This document shows, piece after piece, positions 25,810 through 38,311 of a DNA stretch of 63,284 bases. Origin of the DNA: Carcharhinus longimanus (Eukaryota); assembly GCA_030264375.1 (NCBI GenBank), contig JASCQW010000112.1, forward strand, positions 27,749,105 through 27,812,388, written 5' to 3'. Position numbers and translations under genes: made by a program. The notes below the pieces were generated by a model. It was not told the DNA's origin. It did not search any database and saw only the letters and a list, made by a program, of their open reading frames with translations. Each line of letters starts with the position of its first letter. Positions within the stretch are counted from its first letter, which is position 1.

Positions 25810-26150
25810 GTGGGAAGACAGTTGCACTGTGGTATTGTTGCTGGAGTAGTAATCCACAGACCCATGGTAATGTTCCAAGGACCCAGGTTTGAATCCCACC
25901 ACGGCAGATGGCGAGATTTGAATAAAATTCAAATTCAATAAAAATAAATCAGTAACTAAAAGTGGAATTAAAAGAGGACCATGAAGCCATTGTCGATTGT
26001 CATAAAAATCCATCTAGTTCACTAATGTTCTTCAGGGAAGGAAATTCATCTTTACGTGGTCTGGCCTACATGCGACTCCACAGCCACAGCAGTGTGGTTG
26101 TCTCTTAAAAGAAATTCCGGACGGGCAAGCTGCACCATCATCCAGAAGAA
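25810..26150 (+). mobile_element. tRNA-derived SINE (second family)
   Basis: Homologous to 10013-10490. Confidence 0.75.
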
Positions 26151-26575
26151 TTAATTTTAAAAACAAATCAAACTGAGGCTCTGCATTTAGGAAAGTCTTA
26201 CATTTAGAACTGCATACTTCAAGTTGCAAAAATAAAATTATATATTCAGCCAATTTATGTTGCTAAAATATAGTACCAAAACAAAACGAGATTTCAAATG
26301 TGTTATAAAAGGAAAACATACAGCATGTACAGCAATATCTAAAAATAGAAGTGCAGACCATTCTTCGACGCTGCTGATTGGCCTGCTGTTGCATTTTGAC
26401 ATTTTTCTTTTTCTATTTGAGATTTCTAGCATCTGCAGTTTGATTTAACATCTCCAGCACAAGTATTGAATGATTCTTATACTATTGAATAATTCTGACA
26501 GCGTATAACAAACCCCATTTAATGGGTAATAATTTAGAATTTAAGACAGAACACATGACCATCTCCTCTCATTAC

Positions 26576-26717
26576 TTTTTGTCCTCTTTTCAAAGGCTGC
26601 TGTGGAGGAGGTGGTTTTTTAGCATCCTGCTCTTCGACAGATGGTGTTTTCTTGTCTTCAGATTGATTTGTTAGTTCTGAGTCTTCAGATTCGGGCTTTC
26701 TCCTTTTCTTCATTTCT
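26576..26717 (-). CDS. NEMF: NEMF exon ~26 (EMKKRRKPE...QPLKRGQK)
   Basis: gtcag/gtaatg; 142 nt. Confidence 0.92.
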
Positions 26718-27221
26718 CTGACGCACATAAAAACACAGAGTAGAACAAACTCATGTATTACAAACATAGTAGCTGCTAATTCAACATCAGCGATTTTCAC
26801 TTTTTAAACCTGTCACTAAACATCTTGCTTAATCTGGGCAACAATTACAACATTTATTTTGGTCCCTTTTTCAATTCCTACTAAATAAATGCAGTTTCCA
26901 TTCCAATTGAAGATAGAGGGGAGCAAAATCTTTAAATCTTCAGGATACAAAGAAACTCCCATATCCCACTTCCCAAGGAATGCATTCCTTATGAATGAAG
27001 ACAATTAGATAACATATGGCTGAAGTAATCAGCATGGTCAACCAAATCTGTGAAGCAAAGGTTTACTTAATTCAACAGANNNNNNNNNNAAAGTAGAATC
27101 TTATCACCAAGCCATCATCACAACAATTCCAAAAACATGCATGTTCTTTCAGTGACCAGTACAGGAGTACAGTACCAAATAATAGCTTGTTTATTTTATA
27201 ATACTTATAAATGATACTCAC

Positions 27222-27271
27222 TTCCTCTCTTTGGCTGTTAGGTGTTTCCGACTTTGTGTTTTCCCATCAAC
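27222..27271 (-). CDS. NEMF: NEMF exon ~25 (VDGKTQSRKHLTAKER)
   Basis: ctgcag/gtgagt; 50 nt. Confidence 0.92.
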
Positions 27272-27549
27272 CTGCAGAAAGGTACAAACTTCTACACTTA
27301 TATCATTGGATTCACTAAGTTCACAATGAATATTTTGAAGCTCTACAATATTACAAATGTAGCATAACACAGGAGACAGACAAAAATGTCATTACCATGG
27401 CCAGTATGAAGCAGAAAACAGTTTTAATCTCAATTCTAACTGAAAACCATGACAGTCTGAGAAAAATGCTATAATTTCTCCAATGTTAAAATATTAATTA
27501 TAGTTCTTCCTCATTCCTTTCTCCTGCCCAAATACCCTTGTCTACCTTG

Positions 27550-27851
27550 TCCAGGGATGTGGGTATAATATGTAGGGATATGAGGGTAGGGCCTGGGTGG
27601 GATTGTGTTCGGTACAGACTCAATGGGCCGAANNNNNNNNNNNNNNNNNNNNNNNNNNNNNNNNNNNNNNNNNNNNNNNNNNNNNNNNNNNNNNNNNNNN
27701 NNNNNNNNNNNNNNNNNNNNNNNNNNNNNNNNGGGTATAATATGTAGGGATATGAGGGTAGGGCCTGGGTGGGATTGTGTTCGGTACAGACTCAATGGGC
27801 CGAAGGGCCTCTTTCTGCACTGTAAGGTTATGATTCTATGATGATTCTATG
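27550..27851 (+). mobile_element. V-SINE 3' part spanning a gap
   Basis: gggtagggcctgggtgggat body and CR1-type tail. Confidence 0.75.
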
Positions 27852-28820
27852 AAAAATGCCATACACAAGTCACAAGTTTCACTGACACATATATTATTCA
27901 GCAAAATTAACAGATTTTAAGCATGCTCATCCAAGAGAAAGTACAGAACAGGGAAGCTGTAATGTTGGACCTGGATACAACAATAGGGTGATAAAATTAT
28001 CCGACACCCTACAGAGTTCACACTGATCGTGCATTGGGATTGCAAAATTGTCTCTGCGTGTTGGAGGCCAACATTTGAATCCAACCCAGGTCACAGGTTG
28101 AAAGTCTCATGTTGGAACAAGGCAAAAGGAGCTCTATGCCTTTAGATATGTCTTATGACCTAAAAATTCATGTTCCTGAAATTAAAAACATATTAAATTC
28201 TATGGCATAGTTTTCTATGGCATATTTTTCTATTTCATGAAAGGAAATCATCCAAAATACAAGTTTGGGAGTGGGAATCCATACTTTCAAAAGTCAATGT
28301 TTTGCTGGTTTCTTTATTCAGTACCTGGAAAATTTAGTTTTTTTTAAAAAAAGACTGCACATTTGTGCTTAAAACACATTTCAAGTTTTGCTTTTAATTT
28401 TTGGGATCATTAAAATGAGGAACAGGACACTTCATTTTTGGCACATCTTTCAGAAAAGACTCTCAAAGGAAGGTGAGATGAATAACAAAGTAACCAGTGT
28501 CCTAAAAATTTGAGATAATCACATGCCCAGAACTAAAGTAAAAAAACATTTTAATTCTGTTTATTAGAATATTACCATTTTTGAGATCCATCTGAAGGAA
28601 ACTACCAATTTAATATCAATTTTCACACAAGTATTAAGCCTGAAACTAAATTTGTTTAAGAACCTTATCAAATCTGGATTCCAGAGATAAAAAGAAGCAT
28701 TCTAACTCACTGCAACACTCAAACACAGTAAAATATGATTTTAACAAATACCTTACTAACATTTATGCATCTTCCCAACCTGCCAGGAGTATATGTAAAA
28801 GTTAAACTAAAGTATTTTAC

Positions 28821-28875
28821 CCAAACTTCTTCAATTGGTTCATCTTTACAAGATGGAAAATACATCTGCAAAGGT
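28821..28875 (-). CDS. NEMF: NEMF exon ~24 (PLQMYFPSCKDEPIEEVW), poorly conserved
   Basis: tttttcaacag/gtaaaa; 55 nt; supplies exactly the phase change needed between the flanking exons. Confidence 0.75.
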
Positions 28876-30376
28876 CTGTTGAAAAATAAGATTTAAAACA
28901 GTAGTTAAACAATCAGATTTATTTTATCAAATATGACATTTTCATAGCCCCATAATGGCTGGTTTATGTAAAATATATTTGGATAATTTACATTTTGAAA
29001 ATCAAAAGAACTTTTAGCTTAATGGCATCTTGAAAAGTAGACTGCATGAAAGGTGAATTTTGTGTTTTCCCACTTGCAAAGGGGCCCCGTTGTGACACTA
29101 CATACTCAAACTGCCTCAATGGATCATCTCTCAGTGGCAGAACAATGCACCAGCCAGAACAGCTAACAAGTTATTTTGTATTCTATAAATTGGCGCTTTT
29201 AAAATTGGTGATTTTGTTTGTGCATATCACAGCTGAATTGTTCCTTTAATAAAAAATCCAAAATATTCTACAGGCGAGGAGTAGCAGAATGACCCAAACA
29301 GAAACAACATCAAACCCTAAACAGAAACAAGGATATAAGTTAAGGGAAATGACCTAAGGCATAGTTGAAGAGTAGATTTTGATGGTAGATGAGATGTTTT
29401 TAAAAAACAAGAATTCTAGAGCGGAGCCAACAATATTATAGGGTCTAGTAACGTAACTAATAAGCAATTACTAAAGAATACCATTATTCTAACCAACAGT
29501 TCATCAAAAACAGAATTAAATTAGCAAGTGCCTCAAAATCCAGCACAGATTATGGTGCAATTTATTGGAGTGAAAGTATGCTTTAAATATTGGGCCATTT
29601 TACCAGTGGGATGATAGATAGCAATTATTTATGGCAAAAACAAAATCAACTCGACCAGATATATTGAAAGGTGCAAGTGTGCCAAGTCAGATCTGGTTCA
29701 TGAATGGGTCAGCCCTGGCTCAGTTTGCCATACAGTCACCTCTAAGCATGCAGGTTGTGGGATTATAAAACAAAACATGATACCAGATCTCAGAAGGAGT
29801 TATTAGGGAAGATAACCAAAAGGTTGATCAAAGAACTATGTTTCAAGAATGTCTTAATAGAGGAAAACAAGTAGAGGGGAGAGAGGGGGAAATCCAGACT
29901 TTACACCCAAACAGTGAAAGGCAGGCCACCAATGGTACAGTGATCAGGGAATCAGGGAATGTTCAAGGGACCAGAATTAGAGGGGTGCAGGTATCTCAAA
30001 AATGTTTCTGACTTGGAGAAGATTGCACAGATAATGAAGGAGGCAAGGCCATGGAGAAATGTCACGATCTGGTACATTTTTCTGCAACGTCTGAAAACCA
30101 GGAAGATCCTATAAAATCATGGGACAAAACAAGTAGCTAGATAATCTGGCAAGTTCTGTCTGTTGCCTGGCAATGCTACAAATTCTACCCAGCATTAGAA
30201 GAACAAGTGAAAACATTCCTGAAAAGTTGAGGTGGTAAGGTTTCAACTCAAGAATAACCTGTTACACAGAATACAAAAATAGAGCAAAAAAAAGCTAACA
30301 GAAGCCCTGCAATTACAATTGTAAATTGTAATTGCAAGCCATCTTATGACCTAAAATAACTCTACATGAAAATTAC

Positions 30377-30824
30377 CTCTTTGACTGAAGATGTGACAGA
30401 TCAATAGTTGTGTCAGGATAACTAATTTCTCCATTTTTTTCTTCATCTTGACCTTCCTGAACCTTCTGGGTATCACTGGAATCTTTCAAATCAGCTTCCT
30501 CTTCAGCTTGTTTGTCTGATTCACCTTCAGTTTTGTCCTGTTGACCCTCTGCAACTTCTTGCACCTCTGCATATTGGTTATTTTCTGATTCGGTACTGGT
30601 GTCTTCACTGTCACTGCTCTCATTATCCTGCTGATCCCCTGCAATCCTTTGCACGTTTTCAGATTGTTTGTTTCTAGCTTCAGTACCGGTCACTTCACTG
30701 TCATCACTACTGCTCTCATCAGAGTTTTGCTGACTTTCTGCAATCCCTCGTACCTCTTCAGACTGCTGGTTTTCAGATTCTGTGCTGATCTCTTTATTTT
30801 CATCACTACTACTTCCATCATTGT
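30377..30824 (-). CDS. NEMF: NEMF exon ~23, long acidic exon ending YPDTTIDLSHLQSK
   Basis: aatcag/gtaatt; 448 nt open frame, phase-compatible on both sides. The acceptor is pyrimidine-poor, so the 5' boundary is less certain. Confidence 0.86.
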
Positions 30825-31450
30825 CTGATTGGGTTTAATAAAATAACTTATTAAAAAAATACATAAACCTATAAATCATAGTCATATATAATATTAATTG
30901 AGCAAATCACACTTTGGAAAAGAAGCTTAAAGAAATAGACCATCATTTCTGACGATATGGATAAAGTCTTACCAAAATGTGGTGGAGTGCTGTTTCAGGC
31001 AAGAAAACCAACATGTTTCTGTCCAGATTCTACCACACTCAACCAAAATAAAAATCAAGGAGTGTGACTGGCACTCCTCACTTGTCTATCCGCTCCCTGC
31101 CCACAACTACATTTGCATTAAAACCCCCTTCCCCCCATAGAATTCCCACAGGGAACACAGCTTGACAGGTTGGCATGATGCAATCTGTGCCAAGGAGCAG
31201 TGCCATGGGTATTGTCAGGACCATGTCCCTTGTTCCCCGGGGGGCTATGCTTACCTTTATGACCTTGAGACTTCTATGGCAGATTCACATCTGTGTGAAC
31301 CTACTGTAAACCATGCCGACATGACATCATGTTGATGTAGTCTGAAGGTAGGGCAAGGGGTCAAGATATGGCAAGGGAGCTTGTTAATTATATACCAGTT
31401 AAACAGTAAAAATTGTGTTTCTGGTTTGCAAAAATGAATGGAAAGCTCAT

Positions 31451-31682
31451 CAAAAGAGAAAATGCTGGAAAACCCCGCAAGTCTGGAAGCATCTGTAAGG
31501 AGAATGAAGGGCTGACATCAAGTCGAGATGACCTTTTTTGTCAAACCTTTGACAAAGGGTCATCTGGATTTGAAATGTCAATTCTTTTCCTTCCTTACAG
31601 ATGTTACGAGGTCTGCTGAGATTTTCCAGCATTTTCTCTTTTGGTTTCAGATTCCAGCATCTGCAGTAATTTGCTTTTATCT
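31451..31682. mobile_element. Penelope-like fold-back element with apparent 14-bp target-site duplication
   Basis: Imperfect palindrome 31451-31643; flanks aatggaaagctcat (31437-31450) and aatagaaagcttat (31683-31696). Confidence 0.7.
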
Positions 31683-32669
31683 AATAGAAAGCTTATAACA
31701 TTATCAAAAGACAACTGTAAAGTGATAGCTATCACTATTCAAATGAAGATTATTCACCTCATGATACTTCTAATCTTTGAAATTTCACCAGTAATTTAAT
31801 GAATCTGAAAGACTGAATGAATGATTTCAAAAGAGACCTGTTTGACACATCCATGGAAAAAAACAGAAAAAAAGGATACAAAGTACATGCAGACACCATC
31901 TGTTTTGTGGAGCAGCTCACGGCGATGTTAAAGCAAAACAATTATTGAACAATGATGACATGCCCTGCAGTAGAACCTGGCTAAGGTACCCAAGATCCAA
32001 GTATGCTGCAGTTTGCACAATTTTACCAAAGTGGTGTTATCAATGTGATGGGTGAGAAAATGGAATGTAAAGCCTTCTGTTAGCCAAGGTCAAATGGTAT
32101 TATTCTGCCTGTGGCCATGCTCCAGCCATTATTCCTCCCTAGCAACCAGATAACTTTTAAGGAACTAAGTACGTGCTTAGGGGCATTAAAATAGATGGTG
32201 CATTATCAGTATCATGAGCTGATACAATTGACAGGTTGGTAGTTTTTAAGGACAAAGGAAAAGAAAATCTTGTGAATTTCTTCTAATTTTACACAATGTT
32301 TACACAATAGATATAAAATTAAATGAAAAACAATAGTGCTTTTTCTGGTTCGAGGAACAGCATCATGCATGGTGATAGGGAAGTCAATAGCTTAACCAAA
32401 TCACCCAACAGATTCACTTGCACAAACTACCTTCCTTTAAAAGATGCGCACTGTGAAAAATGCGTGACAAACACCTTTTTTGCCAATATAACTGAAAAGC
32501 ATAAAATGTATTACCATTCTTACATGGTAGCTACAAACTTTTTTAAATTCCTCTTAGAATAAAAATGCCGAATTCAATTTTAAAAAGGTTAGGATGAGCA
32601 AATAATTTCTCTGGAAACGCTTCAGAATCTTCTGTCATAAATTTTTTTCCATGGGCTTTCTTATATTAC

Positions 32670-32790
32670 CTAAAGGTGCAGTATCCTCAGAAAAAAGTTC
32701 AGATGTGGTGCTAGTTACTGTCTCCATGTCTTCATCCTGCACTTTTACTTTTCGTTCACCTATGTGCCTCCACAGAAATTGCTCATCAAC
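32670..32790 (-). CDS. NEMF: NEMF exon ~22 ([40 protein letters not shown])
   Basis: acttag/gtaata; 121 nt. Confidence 0.94.
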
Positions 32791-33431
32791 CTAAGTACAA
32801 GCAAACCATAGCACTTTTAAGATGTAGCTGAGAAACAGTCATAAAATATCAAGCAAGGTACATGTATATGTTCTAGTCCTGATTTTTCTACAAAATACAA
32901 ATTTCCACAAGATAAGCTTAATTCTAACAAGATTGATAATTAATAATCAAGAAATAAGATGAGATTGGGAGTTAGGTTGCAAAGTGAATTAATTCTGATC
33001 CCAACAATAATGGGATGAGAATATTCTCTTTCTGCTGGCTGCAAGCGTTCCACGTGCTATGATTTTAAACAACCCCAAACCATTCCTATTAGGCTTGGAC
33101 TCACACTACAAAACTGCCTCTAAATTGGTACTAATTGGAATTTTCATTCCAGAAAAGCCACATGTTGTGGGAAATGGAAATGTCACATTATGCAGCATGG
33201 CAAGTTTTTCTACAAGTCGGAGTTCAATCATGTAAGAGCGAAGGCAGCTTTACTGAAATAATTGGGAAGAAAATATGAAATATCAGAACTCAGCAATGTT
33301 AAATAGTCCCGATTCTGGCAAACTTCCATCTCTGAAAGGTGACTGACAAGCAGCAAACAAAGCCATTTCCAATGGGGTGTCTTCACATGATGCACCTTTG
33401 CTGATGGCTGCAGAGGCCAACCCTCATCAGT

Positions 33432-33988
33432 AGCATAGTGGTTAGCATAGCTGCCTCACAGCGCCAGGGCCCTGGGTTCAATTCCTGGCTTGGGTCATTG
33501 TCTGTATGGAGTTTGCACATTCTTTCTGTGTCTGTGTAGGTTTCCACCGGGTGCTCCTGTTTCCTCTCAGTTCAAGAGCTGCGCTGATTAGGTGCATTGG
33601 CCATGCTAAATTCTCCCTCAATGTACCTGGATAGGTGCTGAAGTGTGGCGAGTGGGGAATTTTCAGTAACTTCATTGCAGTGTTAACATAAGCTTACTTC
33701 ATAAAATCCCTATAGTGCAGAAGGAGGCCATTTGACCCATCAAGTCTGCACCGATAACCATCCCACCCAGGCCCTATGCCCACAACCCCACATATTTACC
33801 CTGCTTATCCCCCAATCTGCAAATCTTGGGACAATAAAAGGCAATGTAGCAAGGCCAATCTGCCTAATCTGCACATCTTTGGAGTGTGGGACGAAACCAG
33901 AGTACCTGGACGAAACCCACGCAGACAAAGGGAGAATGTGCAAACTCCACACAGACACCTGTGACACTAATAAATAAACTTTAAACTT
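33432..33988. mobile_element. V-SINE (+, alternative tail) with an antisense V-SINE nested at ~33700-33958
   Basis: Host tail split as taagcttact / tgtgacactaataaataaac; compare the intact copy at 36121-36418. Confidence 0.8.
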
Positions 33989-34129
33989 AAGAGGCAGGTT
34001 CTGCCACAACTGCTGCATATGAAGCTACTACGTAGTGTTATTTTCAGTGCTAGTATGTGTTGACAAGTTGCTGAAGTCACAGGCCATCATTGTGGTGTAC
34101 ACTAGCCCACAGGAGGTGTCACAATTTTC

Positions 34130-34570
34130 CTCTGTTGTCAGCTAGTAACTTGCAATAATCGATGTCTGGGGTCTTCATGTCACACTTAAAAGCATCCTTG
34201 TAGCAGATCTTTGGGCAGTTTACTGATCCAGCTACCTCGCTATACAGAAAGTCCTTGGGTTTGCAACCAACTTTCATCTTGCAGACTTGTCCAAGTCAAT
34301 GAAGAAGGCTCTATCTGATGAGTGATAACAAACTTGGGAACCTGACCTCTGAGAGGTTTGCTGCAATTGTGATTTTAACCTGCACAGATATATCTGCACA
34401 GTATGCACTGCAGACAGCAAAGGTGGAAATTGTTGAGCAGCTCTTCTTGATAGCTGCAAGTTGCCCATGGTTCACACCCATACAGCATGGTGCTGAGAAC
34501 ACCAGCCTTAGAAAGCATCAGATTGGTCCTAAAGGTCAGTTTGATGATATTCCATGATTGTCTACATAAT
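34130..34570 (-). mobile_element. RTE-clade LINE fragment
   Basis: VLSTMLYGCEPW...NNFHLCCLQCIL resembles the RTE C-terminal motif LLYGSETW...FHLRCLRRIL. Confidence 0.65.
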
Positions 34571-34924
34571 GCCGACATTATTACGTGGGAGAACTACAGT
34601 TTCAACCACTGAAGGTGTCAAGGCATTGGTCTTGATGGCTGCAAGATGAAAAACTTCAGCAACATGTCTCTCTTCGCAGCAGCATTCTATCCACTTCACT
34701 CAATTTCCAGTCTGTGCTAAAAGAATCAGAGGGGAAGGTTGTTCCTGGACAGGCTATGCATCGCAAGCCTCCCAAATTGAGTGCAATACTGTACAAATAC
34801 ATTTATTGCACAATGACTTGCTATAATACTTCAGTAGTCAAACATAGTTAAGGGACCTAACAACACTAGATTTTTTAGATTTCATTATTTCATCCAAAAT
34901 TTCTAGAAAATTTTCATACATTAC

Positions 34925-34983
34925 CTTAAACAAAAAGCCAAATCCCATCATAAGGTAAGACGGTGGGAGGTAGTTCTTCTTAC
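34925..34983 (-). CDS. NEMF: NEMF exon ~21 ([19 protein letters not shown])
   Basis: ttctag/gtaatg; 59 nt. Confidence 0.96.
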
Positions 34984-35410
34984 CTAGAAAAATGAAATAA
35001 TATTATTTGGGAGAGCAAGTAAATGCTGTAAAAATAGTAAAGCATCTGCAGCAAACACTGCTCAAATATCAGATTTAAGGGAAAAAAAAAACTTGTTATG
35101 CTAAAACATATTTTCTTTATCTTAAAACCTGTTGATTATGAAGAAAGTTATCTTAGTCGAATCAAAATAATACCCAATCTCCCTAGGCTTCTATCTTCAC
35201 ACGGCCACACTTGGGAAAGGATCAATAGCTTTATAAGCAGCATTCTTTTTATATAATTTAAGTTTTATATATAAAAATAAGACTTGTAGTTCAAGAATGG
35301 TGCAAAAACTCCAACTGGCTGAAATCCTGAAATAATGGATATATTGCTAAAATGATCAAAATAGTCAAATTACCAAACAACCAATAAAGATCAATGTCAC
35401 TAACATTCTA

Positions 35411-35530
<120 letters not shown>

Positions 35531-36120
35531 TTAAAATAGATGTAAATTAAAATTATACACCAATTGTGCAGAGAACCATGGAGGAAGCAGCACAACACTT
35601 GCACGTTGGAGTGAAGTCCCAGGCTAGTAAGTGAAGTTATTAGCAGTCAAGGATTGGAAGGAGGGAAAGTTTTAAAATGTCACTGTGAAAGATTGGGATA
35701 AAACATCAACATGGGATTCAGTACAGTGGCATTGGTCAGGAGCAAGGAAATGTTCTACAAAGGCAGTCTACAAAGGATATAAAAGTAAAATCAAATAAAG
35801 TTCAATTTCATTTTTTGAGGGAGAAGATTGGTGTGGCTCTAGAATTTTCCAGATCGGCAGCTTAAACCATTATACTGACCATCTAGGAAAAATATAATTT
35901 CTGCTAGTCTCAAAACTAGACAGGTACATTGCACTGTAGAATTACATTAGATTACTTTACTGTCATCATGAAATTGTTTCAGTCATCACTGTGCAATTCT
36001 TCGAACAAAGCTTGTAAATTGGCCTTTATATTACTTCAGGAGAATCACAGCTGTTTAAAAATTTACATTGCACCATAGAGCAGCAACAAAAATTTGCAGT
36101 TACAATGAATTCCTAATTCA

Positions 36121-36418
36121 CCGTGGACAGCACAGTGGTTAGCACTGCTGCTTCACAGCACCAGGGACCTGGGTTCGATTCCTGGCTTGGGTAACTGTCT
36201 GTGCAGAGTCTGCATGTTCTCACCGTGTCTGCAAGAGTTTCCTCCAGGCGCTCCAGTTTCCCCTCTCAGTCCAAAAGATGTGCAAGTTAGGTTGGCCATG
36301 CTAAATTTTCCCTCAGTATACCTGAACAGGTGACAGAGTGTGGTGACTGGGGATTTTCACAGTAACTTCATTGCAGTGTTAATGTAAGCCCACTTGTGAC
36401 AGTAATAAACAAACTTTA
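36121..36418 (+). mobile_element. V-SINE, alternative-tail subfamily
   Basis: A/B boxes, V-domain, and tail ...cacttgtgacagtaataaac. Confidence 0.8.
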
Positions 36419-37369
36419 ATGTTAACCAAGCCAGGTACCAGGTGGAGAATTGACTTTGCCTCATGAGGATAAGGTCCCGAAATAACTGACATTCTTTTCT
36501 CTAATATCATTTATTTCGGTGCTCAGCCATGTCATGGTGTGCAAGCCAGGGATCAGATCTATAGCCCAAACAATATAATCCACATTTTGTCCCATCCACC
36601 CTAAATAATAAATGAAAATACAATTAAATCTGTTTTAAAATAGGAAATGGAAGCCCCAAAAGAGCAGTTTGGTGATGGGGATGGAAGTAAGAGATAAACA
36701 GCTGAAGGTAGACTGATAGGAGACCAGTTCATGCCTCCAAATACCCCAACAATGAGTTATACCCATCATTGCTGCTCTACTGATGAAAACACCAAATGAA
36801 ATCTAGGCACTGAGCTATACACGAGGAATATGGCAGCACAAGTAATTCTGCTGCACCTTCTCGTGGACAGACATTCATTGTACAGCAAAGCTTATGCTGA
36901 TGCGCTCTGCTGGGAATGAAGTGTGGTACAGAATCTCCAGAGCGAAAGGTGGAAGATACTTAAACAGATTTTAAAAGCAATTTAAAAATATGAAACACAA
37001 GACATAGCCAATAAATGGTACACTCATATGATTTGGTCTTTACACATGCTAATATTGATTCCTGATTACTGGGCCCTCACTACATAGAATTCTTAACTTG
37101 GCCAGGACTACTGCAGCATTTAAAAAATTAAAAAAGTAAAAATAATTTGCAGGTGTTTGTTTGGCATAAAATAATTACTAAATAAACTGTATTTTGATAA
37201 ATTAACCATCTTCACTAACATAATGGTAAATTTTCTTCTTCATCACCTAAGGCATATTTGTGAATTGCCTATTCAATTTTTATGCCATTGGTGTCAATAG
37301 GTAGACAATTAGCTCGGTCACATTACTGACCAGATGGTGAAAAGGAAAATGTACCCCATGATGTTTAAA

Positions 37370-37742
37370 TCAGCCATGGCTCACATACTGTTGCGACCTT
37401 GCCTGAATCAAAAGGTTATGGGATCAAGTTCCACTCGACAGATTTAAACATTCAGGAAATGCAGCAGCACTGCTAAGGTACCATCTATTGGAAGAGACAT
37501 TAAACTGTCCCTGTCTTAAGTGGATGTAAGAGATCACTACTTGAAAAAAAAGCAGATGATGTCTCCCTGATGCTTTAGTCAATAGTTATCAGCAACTTAA
37601 CTAAATAAAATTATCAAGTCTTATTGTATGTATACTGTTATATTTCTACATTCCAACAGTGACGACACTTCAAACATTATTCATTGGCTGTAGACCACTT
37701 TGTGATTTCTGAAAGGAACCATTAAAGTGAAAGTCCTTTTCT
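37370..37742 (+). mobile_element. Deu-domain SINE remnant
   Basis: tRNA-like head, degenerate Deu core, and a tail similar to 7740-8022. Confidence 0.55.
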
Positions 37743-37827
37743 TTCCATTGTACTGAAAAGGTTAATGATGATTTTTAACTACTGAAGTCTAACGTGGGAA
37801 TCTCAGCAGTGCAATGTTGCAAAATCA

Positions 37828-37980
<153 letters not shown>

Positions 37981-38052
37981 TCAATAAGGCTGTTCATGAA
38001 AAACATAGTAGCAGAAAGATCAGTTGCAACGTTGAATAGCAAATGAATTAAC

Positions 38053-38115
38053 CTTTTTGGTTCTTGATAACACAGCTGGTGGCTCCATGGAGGTCAGCAT
38101 GTACATAAATGTCAC
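38053..38115 (-). CDS. NEMF: NEMF exon ~18 ([20 protein letters not shown])
   Basis: tccag/gttaat; 63 nt. Confidence 0.96.
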
Positions 38116-38272
38116 CTGGAGAACAGGAATCAAAATGTAATTATGATTTTAAAAAACCATCATATAAATAAAGTGCAAATATAGCTGTGCCTCAGTATTC
38201 CTGGTACAGGAAAATGCATAAATGGTTAAAGTTCCAGATCCACTATTCAGTGAATGCCAATGGAATATGTGT

Positions 38273-38274
<2 letters not shown>

Positions 38275-38309
<35 letters not shown>
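38275..38309. repeat. (AC)n microsatellite
   Basis: Directly visible. Confidence 0.97.

Positions 38310-38311
<2 letters not shown>

Noticed and set aside
27561-27804. Exact 72-bp direct repeat flanking a 100-N gap
   Set aside because: Identical sequence on both sides of a gap indicates an unmerged contig overlap, not biology.
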